The position numbers and the translations under genes are program-made. Positions 34,991 through 49,100 of a DNA stretch of 64,000 nucleotides are shown here, in pieces. A model generated the notes under the pieces. The model was not told the origin of the DNA. It ran no database searches and saw only the letters and a program-made list of their open reading frames with translations. Source of the stretch: Geosiphon pyriformis uo1 (taxonomy: Eukaryota > Fungi > Glomeromycota); the NCBI GenBank assembly GCA_016748015.1, contig JAAOMT010000309.1:1-64000 (forward strand), read 5' to 3'. The number at the start of each line of letters is the position of its first letter. Position 1 is the stretch's first letter.

Positions 34991-37704
34991 TTTTTTTTCC
35001 TATTGTTATCCCAAGAGAGTATTAGTGGTAGTTTGTTGTGGTCTTCATTGGCCCAGAACACTTAATAGGCTTCCCAGGTAGGTTTCTTTTTTTTTTTCTC
35101 GAATTTGATAAGTGGAGCTGATGGCATGATGATGGGTTTAAAGTGTTCACATATGGCCAGTACTCTCATGTGTTGACCATTCTGGCTCAGTTGTAGTTCC
35201 TGCATGTTTTAATTGAGCATGGTGTTTGTTTTAACTAGCCAGTTATTACCAACTAGTGCTTGATACTGTGTAGTTTTTATTACCAAAACTTTGATTGGAG
35301 TAATGATACCATTTATTTCAAAAAAAAAAATTATCAATCTTGCCAACAAAAGTCTTGGTCACTTTATCAGCCATTATTATCTTGGCACTGGCAGCACAAT
35401 CAACTCAGCAACTTAATTGGTCCATGAGTTGTCATGTGATAATACTACTTGCTGACTCACTATTAAGAATGAGTTTGATAGCATGGCTATTTACTTTGGT
35501 ATTAGTGTACATGGCAGTAATTGGTTTTTCCTCAAATGCAGCTCCACTGAACAATAGAGTTGCTGACAGTTCTTCAATTTCAAAGAGAAATATAGCTGTA
35601 AGTGACTTGTCTTCTATAATGGTAGCTGGTAGTATATTACTGGTAAGTGATTTTTGGTTTGTTTCTAAGTTATTGGGTAAGACATTTTTTGGGGTAACCA
35701 GAAAACTTAAATAGTTCTGGAAACTCAGGTTTTGAGTATATCTGGTTCCTAAATTCCACTGGCATAATTCTAACAGCTGGTTGAAAGAACTGAGAATTAG
35801 TTGGTGGACAACTATTGCTGATCTCCAGTTTTAGATAACTCTTGATCTGGAATTTCCTAATGTCAACCAAGCTGAGTTTAATGGTGGTGTTAAAGTTTGT
35901 TGGGGTTGATAAATTACTTGAGGCTATGGTTAATATATTGGTTGAGATTGGGGTTAATAAACTATGGATGCTGGAGACTGATAAATGGATAGCTGATAGA
36001 TTGGCTGCTACATTATAGGTAGGTAATTCAGTTAATATGGTGTTGGATTGCATTGGTAACTTGAAATTTAAAACTGGTGATCAGGGTTTTAATATTGATT
36101 CCCTGATTGTTGGTTATTTATTCTTAACCTGCTGTCAATCCTCAAGTGTCCTTGTTTACCACAGTAGTGGCAAACACATGTCTCCTGTTGCCACTGTTGA
36201 TTGGTAAAGGATAATAGATGCAATTAATTCTGGAAACAATTCAGGTTTCTTTAATTATTGTGTCATTGTGGAGGTTGATAAATTGCATGATTGTCAGCTA
36301 AGTATTCCTTTAATTTCTGATTGATTGAATCACTGAATTGTTTCAATTTAGAATCCAATTCAGATAATTCATTCCTTACTAGATTAATAGCTTGAGTGTG
36401 GTTGGCTTTTAATTCTGCTGCTTTAAAATCTCTAGCATTTGTAACTGCAGCTTAAAGGTCTGCTGGATGTATTAGGTGTATATGCTGGAGGATGCTACTG
36501 CATAAGCCTCTAATAAATTGATTTAGAATTTGTGGTGCTATAAAATAATTAGCCTGAATTGTCTGAATTTGGTGCAAATTTCTGTGGAAGTATTCTAAGT
36601 AAGTAATAACTGCTTCATTTTTTTCTTGTTTGATGGTGGTGAAAGTGTTTGCCAATTGATTGATGCTATTGTTATTACTAAAATATCCCAAGAATACAAC
36701 TTTAAATTCCTGAAATGTTTAAAATTTGGCGACTAGGCTTTGATACTATGAGTTGGCAGTATCCTGTAAGAAATAGGAGATGGTTTGGAGTGCTTTTGCA
36801 TCATTCTATCTGTTGGCCATGATGGTTTTTTTAACATCATTGAGCCATATTTGGGCATCATCTTTTTTGCCAGTAAATTTCTTGAGTTTTGTTATTGGAG
36901 TGTAAACTATTGGATCTAAGTTTGGTTGTTGAAGTTGTTGTTATGGCTGTTGAAGTGGCTGTTGTGGTTGTTGGGGTGGTTGAAATGGCTGCTGTTGAAT
37001 TGGTTCAATAATCGGTTCAATTGGTAATTGATTAATGACAATTACTGGAGGTAAGTTTTGCTGATTAATTGTTTTGGGATTTGTATTATTCGGATTTTGA
37101 GGAGTTTGAAAGTTCTGAGTTTCAATTTCCAGATTTTCTAAATTTGGATTTTGCTGAGTCTGAAAGTTTGGGGTTTTAATGTCTGGGTTTTTTGGAATCA
37201 GGTTCTGGTAGGTGAATTCCTAATCTTCAGCTTCTTTTTCTTCCTTTTCTGATTTTGTTACCTCCTATGGGTCAGCTGTTCCAAAATTTGGTGGAGATGG
37301 TAGTAATTGGTATTCTAATAGGGTAGTTGATTGTAATTTAATATCTTCAAAATAATTGCCATAGGTTCCTAATAACTCTGTTTTCTTTTGTTTACTTTGA
37401 AATTGGGAGTTGTCTAAATGTTAATGTCACATTTGATGTGGACATGCCTATTGATGAGATGTTAATGACACTTTTGAGTGTATAATAGTATGATGGGTTT
37501 GTTGGTGATTCAACTCTAGTTTTCTTTTAAGTGAATAATTGGATCTCTTTTGGTGTTGCTGTTAGTGTTTGTAGTCTTCCCTTTTTTTTGTCTGCATAGG
37601 TAATTGGAAATTGTTGTTGAGTGTACTTTTCAATGATTTGATTGATTTCCTTGATGATTAGTGCAAAACTGTAATTTTTTGGTAAGCTGGTATGTTAAAA
37701 CAAT
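34990..37704 (-). mobile_element. gag: Gypsy-B gag and protease region
   Basis: Retrotransposon gag-like YFSNNNSINQLANTFTTIKQ...NQFIRGL, knuckle CHYCGKQGHLRIDS (~36135-36172), and protease KLILNSESASSII (from LDSGSAG) with ALVGNNWL. Overlaps 48826-49335. Confidence 0.88.
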
Positions 37705-37724
37705 NNNNNNNNNNNNNNNNNNNN

Positions 37725-40700
37725 ACAAACTGCTTTGGGAAGAAAAAATAACACTCCATTACCTTTGTTTAGAAGTGATGCACAAGATTCAATTAAATGA
37801 TTGAATGACTTTGAAAGAGCAGCCACAGCCAACCAATATGATAATAAATATAAGTTCCAAATCATTAGTGGCTACCTTCAAGACTCTCCTGCTATTTGGT
37901 TCTTACAAGAAACTAATGTTAATGCTCAGCAAAAAATCATTAGATGGGCACTAGCAAATACCAGAGAAGACAACATCTCTTTTACTACTCAGTTTGAAAT
38001 TAGAACTCCTATCTTAATATCTAAATAGTACATGGAACTAGAAAAAAAACCCAAGGTCCTGGTAAAGTGGTAACTAAATATGCCAAAGTCATCAGAAAGT
38101 TAATTAAAAGAGTAGACTCTAAAAGAAACTAGACAAAAGAACAAAAAATTCATTCCTTTACAAAAAAATTGAGAACAGATCTGTTCTATGCTTTTTGGCT
38201 TTTTTTGGTCTTAAAAGATAATTTCACAATAAATATGGCTATTGAACTTGCCCAGAAAATAAAAAATAACCAAAGAATGCATCTGAGATCTATCCTTCCA
38301 GTTTTTGCTCCTGCTCTTGTTATGGCTCCTGTTCTCCAAATGACTACTATCTCTTTTGCCACCCAAACTCAAGATTCCAATGAATAGTTGATAGATAGAC
38401 TTACAGCAAATTTTGTTTGGTTATTAGAACCATTAGTCCAAGCAGTCAGAAACAACCAGCAACCACAAAAATCTAGATTTGAACCACATTTCAATCAGCC
38501 TCAACAGCTTTCTTACCAAAGACAGCAAAATTATGGCCCACCTGTGTGCTACCATTGTAGATTAACTGAACATTTCTTAAGAGATTGCAACAATCCTCCC
38601 CTGCCTTTTCTAGCTCCCAAAAACAATGACAATTAAAACAACAGAACCATCAACAACAATGTCCTTAACCAAAGACCTAATTATGCCAACATTAATTTCT
38701 TTGGAAAAATTCCCTTAGTTGAAGCCACTGTTTATCAGTCTTTAAACTAGTAGACACACCTCCAAAGAGTAAAAGTGCAAGTCAACCAAAAGAAAACTCT
38801 TTTTATGCTTTTAACTTAACTGATGATGACCATGACATAGATGAACTAATAATCAACACTTTTAAATCAACAAAAAAGAAGAAGAAAGCCAAGATTGATT
38901 TTATTATAGATCCAAAAAAAGTTTTCACATCAACTGCTAATAACAATAAGCCACCAAAGGATAAAGTTTTCAAGAATTCTCCAAAGTTGAAACCTCCAGA
39001 AATAGTACAAAAATCTGGTCCTTATTTTGTTGTCAAAGATCTTATAAAAACATCTGTTTATATTACTTTTGACCAGTTAATAACTCATCTCCAATTCAGA
39101 AAAGACCTTCACAAATTTTTAATTCACAAGAAAAAGACACCAAAGACCAACAAGCACTCACGTCAAGCCAGACTTGCTGACAACAGCAATGTTACTCTTT
39201 TTATTTATAAAGCCCAAGTGGCTGGCTACTTTATTAATCTGATTCTAGACAATAGATCATTTGTTAGTATCATTGTCAAACACTTCTTAGAAGCAATTGG
39301 CAGAAAAATTGATGAACTATTCACAAGACTAATGACCAATATACATTGTAACAAGAAGAAAAGTCTGGACATAGCCAAAGCTGTTTCTGTTCAAATTAAT
39401 GACATTAGCATTAAAACTGACATAGAAATATCTGAAGCAAAAAAATACACCATAATAGTTGGCAATGAATAACTCAAGAAAGCAAAAGCCTTGCTTAATT
39501 ATGAACTCTGTAAACTAACCATCAAATGTGGTAAAAAACCCATCATGGTTAAATGTCACTATTGGACAACTCTTCTAGTACTTAAACAAAGCCAAAAAAA
39601 AAAGCAATTAGATGAATCAGATAATAAAAAAAGTGAAAAAAAAGATAAACAAGAAGAAACTACTGAACTTGCCTATACTATCTTTACCAGCAATAGCAAG
39701 CCATTAGATAATGTCAAAGCAGATAAAAAAAGAATTATGGTAAATGGCAAGCTAATCTGCTGGCCCTACTATGATATCCTCAGAAAAACTTTTGATAAAA
39801 AACCTGGCAAGAAAGCAAAATATAGTTATTGGTGGCATGGTCCTTATGCCAGGTACTGGTATAATAAACCTTTGTATTCTCCTAGTAATAAATACAAGTC
39901 TTGTCTAATCTATTACAAAGATTGAGAGCCAATTAGTTTGATATCCAGAGAAGAACTAAAAGAAGTACAGAAGTTTTTTGAAAGTAAACCATCTGAAATC
40001 CAATTACTAGTTATAGAATAAAGAGAATCTTCTCTTAAAGAAAAAAAAGTGAATATTGAAAATCTGTTAGCTAGAAATAACCCAGTTATCTTAAAAGAAA
40101 ATGATATCTTTGGATAAACTTATATAATACAATACACTATTACCACAAAAAAAACTTGTCCCATCCATTTGAAGCCTTATCAATCTAATCAATACAATAA
40201 TAAGTTTATCAAGAAAAAAATAAACCAGATAAAAGATCTTGGATTCATACAAAAAACCAAGAATGAATAAGCTTTTCTCATTGTAGTAGTATCCAAAAAT
40301 GATAGAATCCTATGCTTTTGTATTAACTATTACCAATTAAATACCATCACTATAAGAAACATATACTCACTCCCCAAAATTAATGCAATGCTAGATAAAT
40401 TCAATGGTGCTGCTTTTTTCTCAACCATTAACTTAACTGTTGGATTCTGGCAAGTAAAAATGGATTCAAAAAGCAGAAAGAAAACTGCTTTCATTACCAA
40501 GTATGGTACCTATGAATTCACAGTCATGTTTTTTGGTTTTACCAATGTCTTTTCTATTTTTTAACACTTAATGGACAAAGTATTTGAATCAATAAAAGAA
40601 AACTTTGTTCTGGTCTACTTAGATAACATAATAGTCTACTCAAAAACCTAAGATAAACATCTTGAACACTTGCAAAAGGTTTTTGACCTGTTTAGAAATG

Positions 40701-41247
40701 CTGGCTTTAAGATTAATCCAATCAAATTTTTTTTTGAATATTAATCCACCTAGTTTTTTGGTTATTTTATTATAAAAGATGGAATCTTTCTTGATCCAGT
40801 TAAGGTTAAAAAAGTTCAAAACATTAAACAACCAATGAATGTTCCTGAACTACACTTTTTCCTTGGTTTGGGTTCCTACTATCACAAATTTATCAAGAAT
40901 TTCTTCAAAATTGCCTTTCTTCTTAATCAACTACTCAAAAAAAATGTCAATTATCACTGGAGCACTCATCAACAAAGCTTTTGAAATTCTGAAGGAAAAA
41001 CTTGTTACTGAACCAATTCTTAAGCAACTTGATCTGAACCAACTTTTTATCCTCTACACTAATACATCTGATTATAGACTTGGTGCTGTTTTTTCACAGA
41101 AAGATGAAAATGACAGAGAACATGCCATAATATATGCCAGTAGATCTTTTACACCAGCAGAAAAGAACTATTCAGTTACTAAACAAGAATGTTTAGCAGT
41201 AGTTTGGGCTACTAGTTACTGGGATCAATATTTTTTTGGTATAAAAT
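37725..41247 (+). mobile_element. pol: Gypsy-A internal region (gag, protease, insert, RT, RNase H), inverted copy
   Basis: Gag knuckle CYHCRLTEHFLRDC. Reverse-complement match to ~19615-22474. The RT YLDD is mutated to YLDN here. Confidence 0.92.
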
Positions 41248-41424
41248 NNNNNNNNNNNNNNNNNNNNTAAACAATTTTTCCAAAAAAGTGTTTTAGAATA
41301 TTTAAAAAATATAATTTTTATTAACAATAAAATTATTTATATATATATAAAAACAGGAAACTTAATATAATAATTCAAAGCAAATTAGAATTTACAAAGT
41401 TTGACAACATAATAATTTTTTAAA

Positions 41425-44180
41425 TTTTTTTTTTTATTAGTTTAATGAGTGAAGCCCAATCATTATCTAATATAATACAACTATTTAAAGTTCTAAATTA
41501 AATGTGATTCATGCTTTTGCTATATGTGACTAGCCACTTGGCCAATCAAGGCTACACTATGCAACTATATTTACTATAACTTCGCTGATAGCACCAGCAA
41601 AAAACAAATGGCCAGTACTTAGGCCAAAGTTGGTTACATGACCCTTCTCAATTCCTAGTAAGCAAGCAATACCACTTGAAACCTTAGTAAAAATATCCTG
41701 AATGATATTATATAAAAACCCATCTGCATATAACAATCCATGACACTCTATCTTAGCTTGAAGTTTTGAATTAAACACCCAAATTCACTCCCTATAGCCA
41801 ACAACCAAACTCCGAACAAACTTGACTAGATTAAACATTGCAAGCTTAGTATCCACAAAAGATGCTTTAGCATCTGCCAGCCAATCTTCAAACACAAAAC
41901 TCTTGCACAAAACAGTATAGAGACCAACATTAGACACAGAAGAAGCCAGAGACTGCAGAACCACAGATAATGACAAGTTTGTCTTGGTAAAAGATTTCCA
42001 AAAAGAGAAATGCTTACTTATCAAGCTCTGATGCATCAAAAAATCCAAGTGACAAACAAAACTATGATCTGAAAAATCCACCTCCCTACAATGTATGCAT
42101 AATACACTAAGATAACTTCGATGATATAAGCACTTTTTGACAGCTACAGGCAGCTTCTTATGTAAAGCTTTCATTAAATATGTGCATAAACCAGTGGTGG
42201 TTCTACTTGTATATCCTGCAGGCATGTGAGAATCAGGGTGCCAGACCAAGACAGTACAAACCCAATTTATGTCCTTGACCTGCAAAGGATCCACAATGCT
42301 TGAACCAGGTCTAAATTCTTACTAAAAACGTCTAACAGTATTATTTGTTGTTCTGACAAAGTGGTGTGTATTGCCAGAAATCACCTTACCATCTGTCATT
42401 AAAAATTTTTTTTTGATGTTGGCTGAAAAAACAAGTTTTGACAATGTGGTTAAATCAGCCAACCTATCAGTGCGCTCATTGTTCAACACACCAGAGTGAC
42501 TCTTTACCTTTGTCCAGATGACAGAAATGTTTTTATATTTAACCAAATTGCTAATATGATGGTGTTTTATTCAGCACCTGTTGCAAAAATCTGGGACTAT
42601 CAACCTCAACTTGGCCTAACAAGCATCCAAGAAAACCTGATTGTCAAAAAAAACTGTAACATTTGAGGAGGCTGGAATGCACTCAAGAGCCAGAGCAACA
42701 GCCTGCATTTTAGCTAGGGTGAATGATAGCAAACCATGGACTTCCACACCCACGTGCAAACCCAGATCAGAAAAATAGGTGGCAGTCCCTCCGACAGCAT
42801 CAGAAATACCAAAGCCTTTAACAGAACCATCAGTATAAATTGAGATTACCAGCAAAAAAAAATCTTTTAAATTAAAACAGATGAAACCAAAGTGGTCTGT
42901 ATCAGAAACATCCAACTTGGAAGAGGACTCAAAAGCAGAAGAGGAACCTTTAACTAAACCACCACTCTTGACAAAATCTGAAACCAGTATAAACCATAAG
43001 GGAACTGGGCCTCTGGAATCCAATCATTTTCAACGGCAAAAATTCTTCTAATTAAAATACTCTCCATAACTGTTCAATAACTGGTCTGTAAAAATGATCC
43101 CAAAATGCTTTAGTGATCTGCAAATCCAGAAATACATTGTCTGACCCAAAATATCTAGAATAGAAAAATCTCACTTGAAATAAAAAGCATTGGGCAAGCT
43201 ATTAGCTAAAAAGATCCCATTACACAAAAAAATTGTAGTAACTTCAGCCAGAAAATTGTTCATCAGATTGACTATCAACTTAACAGAAAATTAAAGAAGA
43301 TTCTAAAGAACCCAGCCCAAAACTTGCAAGTCTATTGATCTATGCCCAAATAGTTGATCTATTAACCCACCATCATTAGCAAACTGTAATACCGATAAGA
43401 CTTTTGCTTCTGCCTGAACTTGTTCAAAGGGCTTCAAATAGTAAAAAAAAAGATAGTGTACTGCCTCATTAGGAAAGTTCTTAGGCAAACTGGCTTTAGA
43501 CTTCAATCCCTTTCTAATTATATGGTCCCATTTCTCATATGTGCCTCTATTGATGAAGCTAAATTGGGTTCTATATTCTACTATGGGCTGTAAAACAGCT
43601 GATACCAAATAAGAGAACTGCTTGTCTGTGATAGTCTTGTGCAAAACTATGGATGAAAAAAACTTGACATCTGAATTTGTCTTCTTTAAACTCGGACCAG
43701 AAAGATCTTTAGTCAACAGAAAAATACCTAGATACTGATGAGCTTTACCAACCTTTGTGATTGAAATTGGAGATCTGCTTACTTCCAAGGAGGTATTGCT
43801 GGTCCTTGAGTTAATAGGAATGGCAACTGTCTTTTCTGTATTAATTAATATATCTATTAAATCAAAGAACTCACTAGAAATGTTCAAAATTTTTTGTGTT
43901 ATTGTACAACAATTGCCAACCCAAATAGTATTATCTACGAAAGCACCAGCAGCCAAATAAAAAGTCAAACCAGCATTAAACTCAATTTTGCCTGTTCTGG
44001 CCATGAATTTGGAATCAATCTAATACCCAAAAAATGACTCATCTTTCTTCACTTCACACAACAGAGGATCATAAAAAATTCTTTACAAAAGAGGAAAAAA
44101 AACCTCTTTTTGGTCCAGATCATTGTGAACTTTGTAACTCTTAGACAAACCAAAGTCCATCATAATTCTATTTGTGCGGC
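41425..44180 (-). mobile_element. LINE subfamily 2, copy d (3' 2.75 kb), with the same 3' flank at 41268-41424
   Basis: ORFs 43303-44004, 42616-43023 and 41785-42294; poly(T) at 41425-41435. Confidence 0.93.
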
Positions 44181-45115
44181 AGTATGAATTACTATCAACA
44201 TAAAGTATTGATTGTGGAAAGTGAATTGAAAGATTGAATAATTATTTATTGATATTTGTGATGTGAAAAGTTGCTTAGATTAAATCTAAACAAAGAGGTC
44301 TGTCTTTTTTACTTCTAACACTACTACTATATATACATAATTAAAATTCCTTAATTTCTCAATTCCTCAATTCTTTACACCAGGAATTCTGGAATTTCTT
44401 TTGAGAGAAAACCTGGAATTCTGGAATTCTGTAATTCCTTGTACAAAAATCCTAAAATTCCTGGAATCTTGCAATTTCTCTTGAGAGAAATCCTGAAATT
44501 TTACATTTACTACAGCTACTTCTGATTGGCTAATTATATACTAATATATACTTCCTATGTTTTATAAGTAACATTATTCCCTCTTTTTAATATTGAGCTC
44601 TGTTAAAATCTCCCAAATCTTCTAATTCTAATTTTCTATCTTCAATTATTTCTTGAACTTCTTTTTCAAGAATTACTTGGGTTATCCTGTTTTGTAATTC
44701 TTCAAATTGGGTGTTGGTTATTTTTTCCATTTGGTTTACTATATAGAGTTCATTTTTGAATTAAATAAGATTTCTGGTCTGTCTTGAAATCCAGTATGTA
44801 ACCAATATATGGCTCTTGCTTGTGTAGTCAAATTGCTCTTTCTCACAAATTGTTTCAGTTGTTGCAGTATTATTGTGTCAAATAGTTATTTTGTCTTATT
44901 TATATATAAGTTTTGAATATTCAAGTGTCATTCCAAGTGAAAATAACAAAAGTTTCTTGGAAATTCGTGTATTCACTATTTTCAAGTTTCTTTGATCAAC
45001 TCTTAATATGTGGCAATAATTGTTGGTTTTTTTATTGTTATTTTTATTTTCTGAACCATTTTATTGATAGTATTTTCTGTTTTTCTTTGACTTTTGTATT
45101 TAGATATCTTTCTGG
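44181..45115 (-). mobile_element. Partial LTR-B (44181-44573), PPT and 3' accessory region
   Basis: Duplicates 24605-25532. Confidence 0.88.
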
Positions 45116-45135
45116 NNNNNNNNNNNNNNNNNNNN

Positions 45136-45625
45136 GGTATGATTAAATCCTATTCATTCTGGTTTTCTTAGCTAATTTTGGCTATTGCTTCACACAGTGT
45201 TTTATTGAACCTTTTAACTAACCCATTTGTTTGTAAATAGTATGATAATAATAATGGTTTTTTTATCCCAAATCTTTGACTTAATTCTGCTAATGTTTTA
45301 TTCACAAAATGAATTCCTTGATCTGATAATAGTTCTTTTGGACATCCGTGTTGACAGATCAAATTTTAATGAACGAATTTGGCAACAGATTCTGCATCTG
45401 CTCTTTGAATAGGTTTTGCTTCTGGCCATTTTGTGAGATAATCTATGACTACTGCAATATATCTGTTGCCTCTGCTGGTAATTGTTAATGGTTCAACTAA
45501 GTCAATTCTAATGTAATCAAATGGTTGTCTTACTTTGATTGGTCTCAATGGTTTATTTGGTTTTGTTCTACCTCTTCTTTGACAAGCATTACAACTTTGA
45601 ACATATTGAATAATATTCAAATACA
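45136..45625 (-). mobile_element. Gypsy-B integrase core fragment
   Basis: Duplicates 27016-27505. Confidence 0.9.
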
Positions 45626-45645
45626 NNNNNNNNNNNNNNNNNNNN

Positions 45646-46102
45646 CCAATTCAGATAATTCATTCATTACTAGATTAATAGCTTGGGTGTGATTGGCTTT
45701 TAATTCTGCTGCTTTAAAATCTCTGGTATTTGTAACTGCAGTTTAAAGGTCTGCTGGATGTATTGGGCATATATGCTGGAGGATGCTACTGCATAAGCCT
45801 CTAATAAATTGATTTAGAATTTGTGGTGCTATAAAATAATCAGCCTGAATTGTCTGAATTTGGTGCAAATTTTTGTGGAAGTATTCTAAGTAAGTAATGA
45901 CTGCTTCATTCTCTTCTTGTTTGATGGTGGTAAAAGTGTTTGCCAATTGGTTGATGCTATTGTTATTACTAAAATATCCCAAGAATACAACTTTAAATTC
46001 CTGAAATGTTTAAAATTTGGCGACTAGGCTTTGATACTATGAGTTGGCGGTATCCTGTAAGAAATAAGGGATGGCTTGGAGTGCTCTCGCATTATTTTAT
46101 CT
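45646..46102 (-). mobile_element. gag: Gypsy-B gag fragment
   Basis: Duplicates ~36356-36810. Confidence 0.88.
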
Positions 46103-46121
46103 CTGTCTCTTATACACATCT
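46103..46121 (+). other. Tn5 mosaic end / Nextera adapter (library artefact)
   Basis: Exact 19-mer CTGTCTCTTATACACATCT joining two non-contiguous parts of Gypsy-B. Confidence 0.97.
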
Positions 46122-49100
46122 ATATTTGGTGTTCTTTGTTTGGAGTTGGTGTAGTGATTGAGCTATTTTGGAAAAGTTTTTGATAAAGTGGCAGTAGTAT
46201 CCAGCAAATTCCAAGAATGCTCTTAATTCTATAAGATTAGTTGGTATTGGAAAGTTCTTAACAATCTCAATCTTGTCTGGATCTGTTTTAATTCTATCTT
46301 TGCTTACTACATGTCTCAAAAACTTGAGTTCAGTTTTTCCAAAAAAACATTTATTTGCATTTAGCTTTAATCCAGCTCTTCTTAGTCTTTCAAACATCTG
46401 TTGAAGATGATATAAATAATTATCAAATGTTTTTGAAAACACATTGGTGTCATCTAAATATATGACTACTGATTTCCATAGTAGTCCAGTATAGACAATT
46501 TCCATTAGTTTTTGAAATATGGCAGGTGTATTCATCAAGCCAAATAGCATGACTTCAAATTCAAAATTTTTTTCTTGAGTTGTGAACACTGTTTTTTTCT
46601 TGTCTTTTGGCTTCATGGCTACTTGCCAGTAACTACTGTCTAAGTCCAAAGTTGAGAACCATTTTTTTCCTCCAAAAGTATCAAAAAGTTCTTAAATCTT
46701 TGAAGTTGGTAACTATTTCTTTTGGTTACTCTATTCAGTTTCCAGTAATCTACACAAAAGTGGATTTTTCCATTTTTCTTATGGACTAGTACCACTGGTG
46801 ATGACTATAAACTTATTGATGGCTGAATTAGCCTATTGTCAAGCATCCAATTGATTTCTTGACAATTGATCTTATGGCTAGCTAGTGGTACTCTGTATGC
46901 TCTCTGTTTAATTGGCATTGTATCTCCAGTCTTGATTTAATGTTGGATGATATCAGTTCTGCAAAATTTATTTTTACTGATGAAAATATCACTAAAGTTG
47001 TTGAGTAACATCTTGAGTTGCATATATTGTAGTGGATTTAAGTTTCCCATGTTTATTTGTTCCAACTGTTCTGATTGGAACAAATAACATTTATTTTGTT
47101 TGTATATTGTTTGTGATGTAATATCCACATATCCACAAAGTTGTGGAAAGTCTGAAATGGTGTCTGGCAGTTGGTCCTTAATTTTGGTGGTTAAGTATCC
47201 AATGATGATTCCTTCTGGTATCTCAATGATGTTTTCTGTGTTATTATAAATAGGAATTTTGATGTGACTGTAGTTCTTGGCTGGTATGTGCAGATTGACT
47301 AATCCAATCTCTCCTGATTCACAAAGTATTGCTTTTATCTCAAAAATCTGAATCTGATTTTTCACTTTTCTCTCTATGACTACCATGTACTGGTCATATG
47401 GTGGAATGGAAATTGATTAATGGATTGAGATAATTTCTCCTTTGTCAACAATTTCTTCTCTCTGCCATATTAACTGGTATGTCTATTCTACCTGTTGAAC
47501 CAAATCCCTGTATCTTTCTTGCTGTTATCCTTAGTTCTTCTCTATTTCCCACTGACACTAACTGCACTACTTTTACCAGAGGTAGAATATTGCCTGTGCT
47601 ATCTTTTCATTTGGATCTATGATATATGCTTTTTCTGAGTCATTTTGTAGTATAGCAATAATATTTTCTATGTATTCTGTGTTAATTATTCTCTCCTCTG
47701 ATGTTGATTCCATTTTTGGCTAAGTTTTTCTTAGATGCTAACTGAACCATTGTTGTTGCTGGAATTTCCAGTACTATTTTGAGATCAATGCAAGTGCACA
47801 AATAGGGTTCTAATTTGATGAGATCTTTTTCTGGATATCTCAGATTAAATTTTGTATCAGTATCATGTGCACATTCTGGCATAATACCTTTATTATTATT
47901 GCTGAACTATTTCAGTTCTTGCTTCTTGTTGAGATCAGGAAGTGTGATGTATTGCTTGGAGTTTGAATTGGAGTTTGAATCACTATTATTTTTGTTACCA
48001 TATTGAATGGAACTAGAACTATTGTTTTTGTTGTCATTACTGTCAGAGTTTGAATTAGGATTGAAAATTGATTTCAATTCTAATGCACAGCTGCTGATTG
48101 GCTCTTTCTCTTCTAAGATTGCATAGATCATGTGTGGTAGTAGATTGTAAATGAGGTCATATTCATTACAATATTGAAAATCACATGGAATCAAACAGTA
48201 GTCACATAACTGAATGTTAATTTCTTTTAAGTGTTGCTTCTGCTCTTCTCTTGTAGATGTTAGCTCTTGGTAGTGTTCATGAAATTGTTCTGAGTCCAAG
48301 AGATTTATGACTGGTTTGGGGTCCCAGTTAAGTTTTATGGACTCTGATGGGTTATTTTTGATTGTCCTTATTTCTTCTAGTAACACTTTTTTGATTTTGG
48401 TAAGAGCCATTTGCCAAATTTCATCATCATCGTGTGGACATCCATCCAAGCATTTGACTGCTTGTCTCTAGGCAGCATCTATGGGTGTTTTTTTCTTACT
48501 CAGTTGCTTATGAAAATCATGTACTGACATAATTCATCACATGTTTCTCCTCTCCCAGGAATGTTATTCCATATTTCTTCATTAAGAAGAGTTTTTCCAC
48601 AAGTCAAGCATAACTTATTATCCTATTTTCTAACTTGTTTTGGTCTTCTAAAGCATTCAATGATGCATGAGCAGTAATAAAACTTAGTTGCCATTAGGTA
48701 TTTCTTATCATTGCCACAGCATGCATCTATTGATGACAATTTCTTTCCATTTCCAAGTTGTTAGTTTGTTCTGATTATTGTCGGTTTTCTAGGCTTGGTT
48801 AGCATTCCAGGTAAGTTCTTCTTTTTGTTTTTTTTTCCTATTGTTATCCCAAGAAAGTATTAGTAGTAGTTTGTTGTAGTCTTCATTGGCCCAGAACACT
48901 TAATAGGCTTCCCAGATAGGTTTCTTTTTTTCTTTCTCGAATTTGATAAGTGGAGCTGATGGCATGATGATAGGTTTAAAGTGTTCACATATGGCCAGTA
49001 CTCTTATGTGTTGACCATTCTGGCTCAGTTGTAGTTCCTGCATGTTTTAATTGAGCATGGTGTTTGTTTTAACTAGCCAGTCATTACCAACTAGTGCTTG

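Noticed and set aside
35340-35714. Hydrophobic membrane-protein-like ORF (also 49178-49414)
   Set aside because: It is the antisense frame of the Gypsy-B protease.
46103-46121. Natural Tn5/IS50 insertion or horizontal transfer from bacteria
   Set aside because: It is the engineered mosaic end, single, with no transposase or 9-bp TSD, so it is a library adapter.
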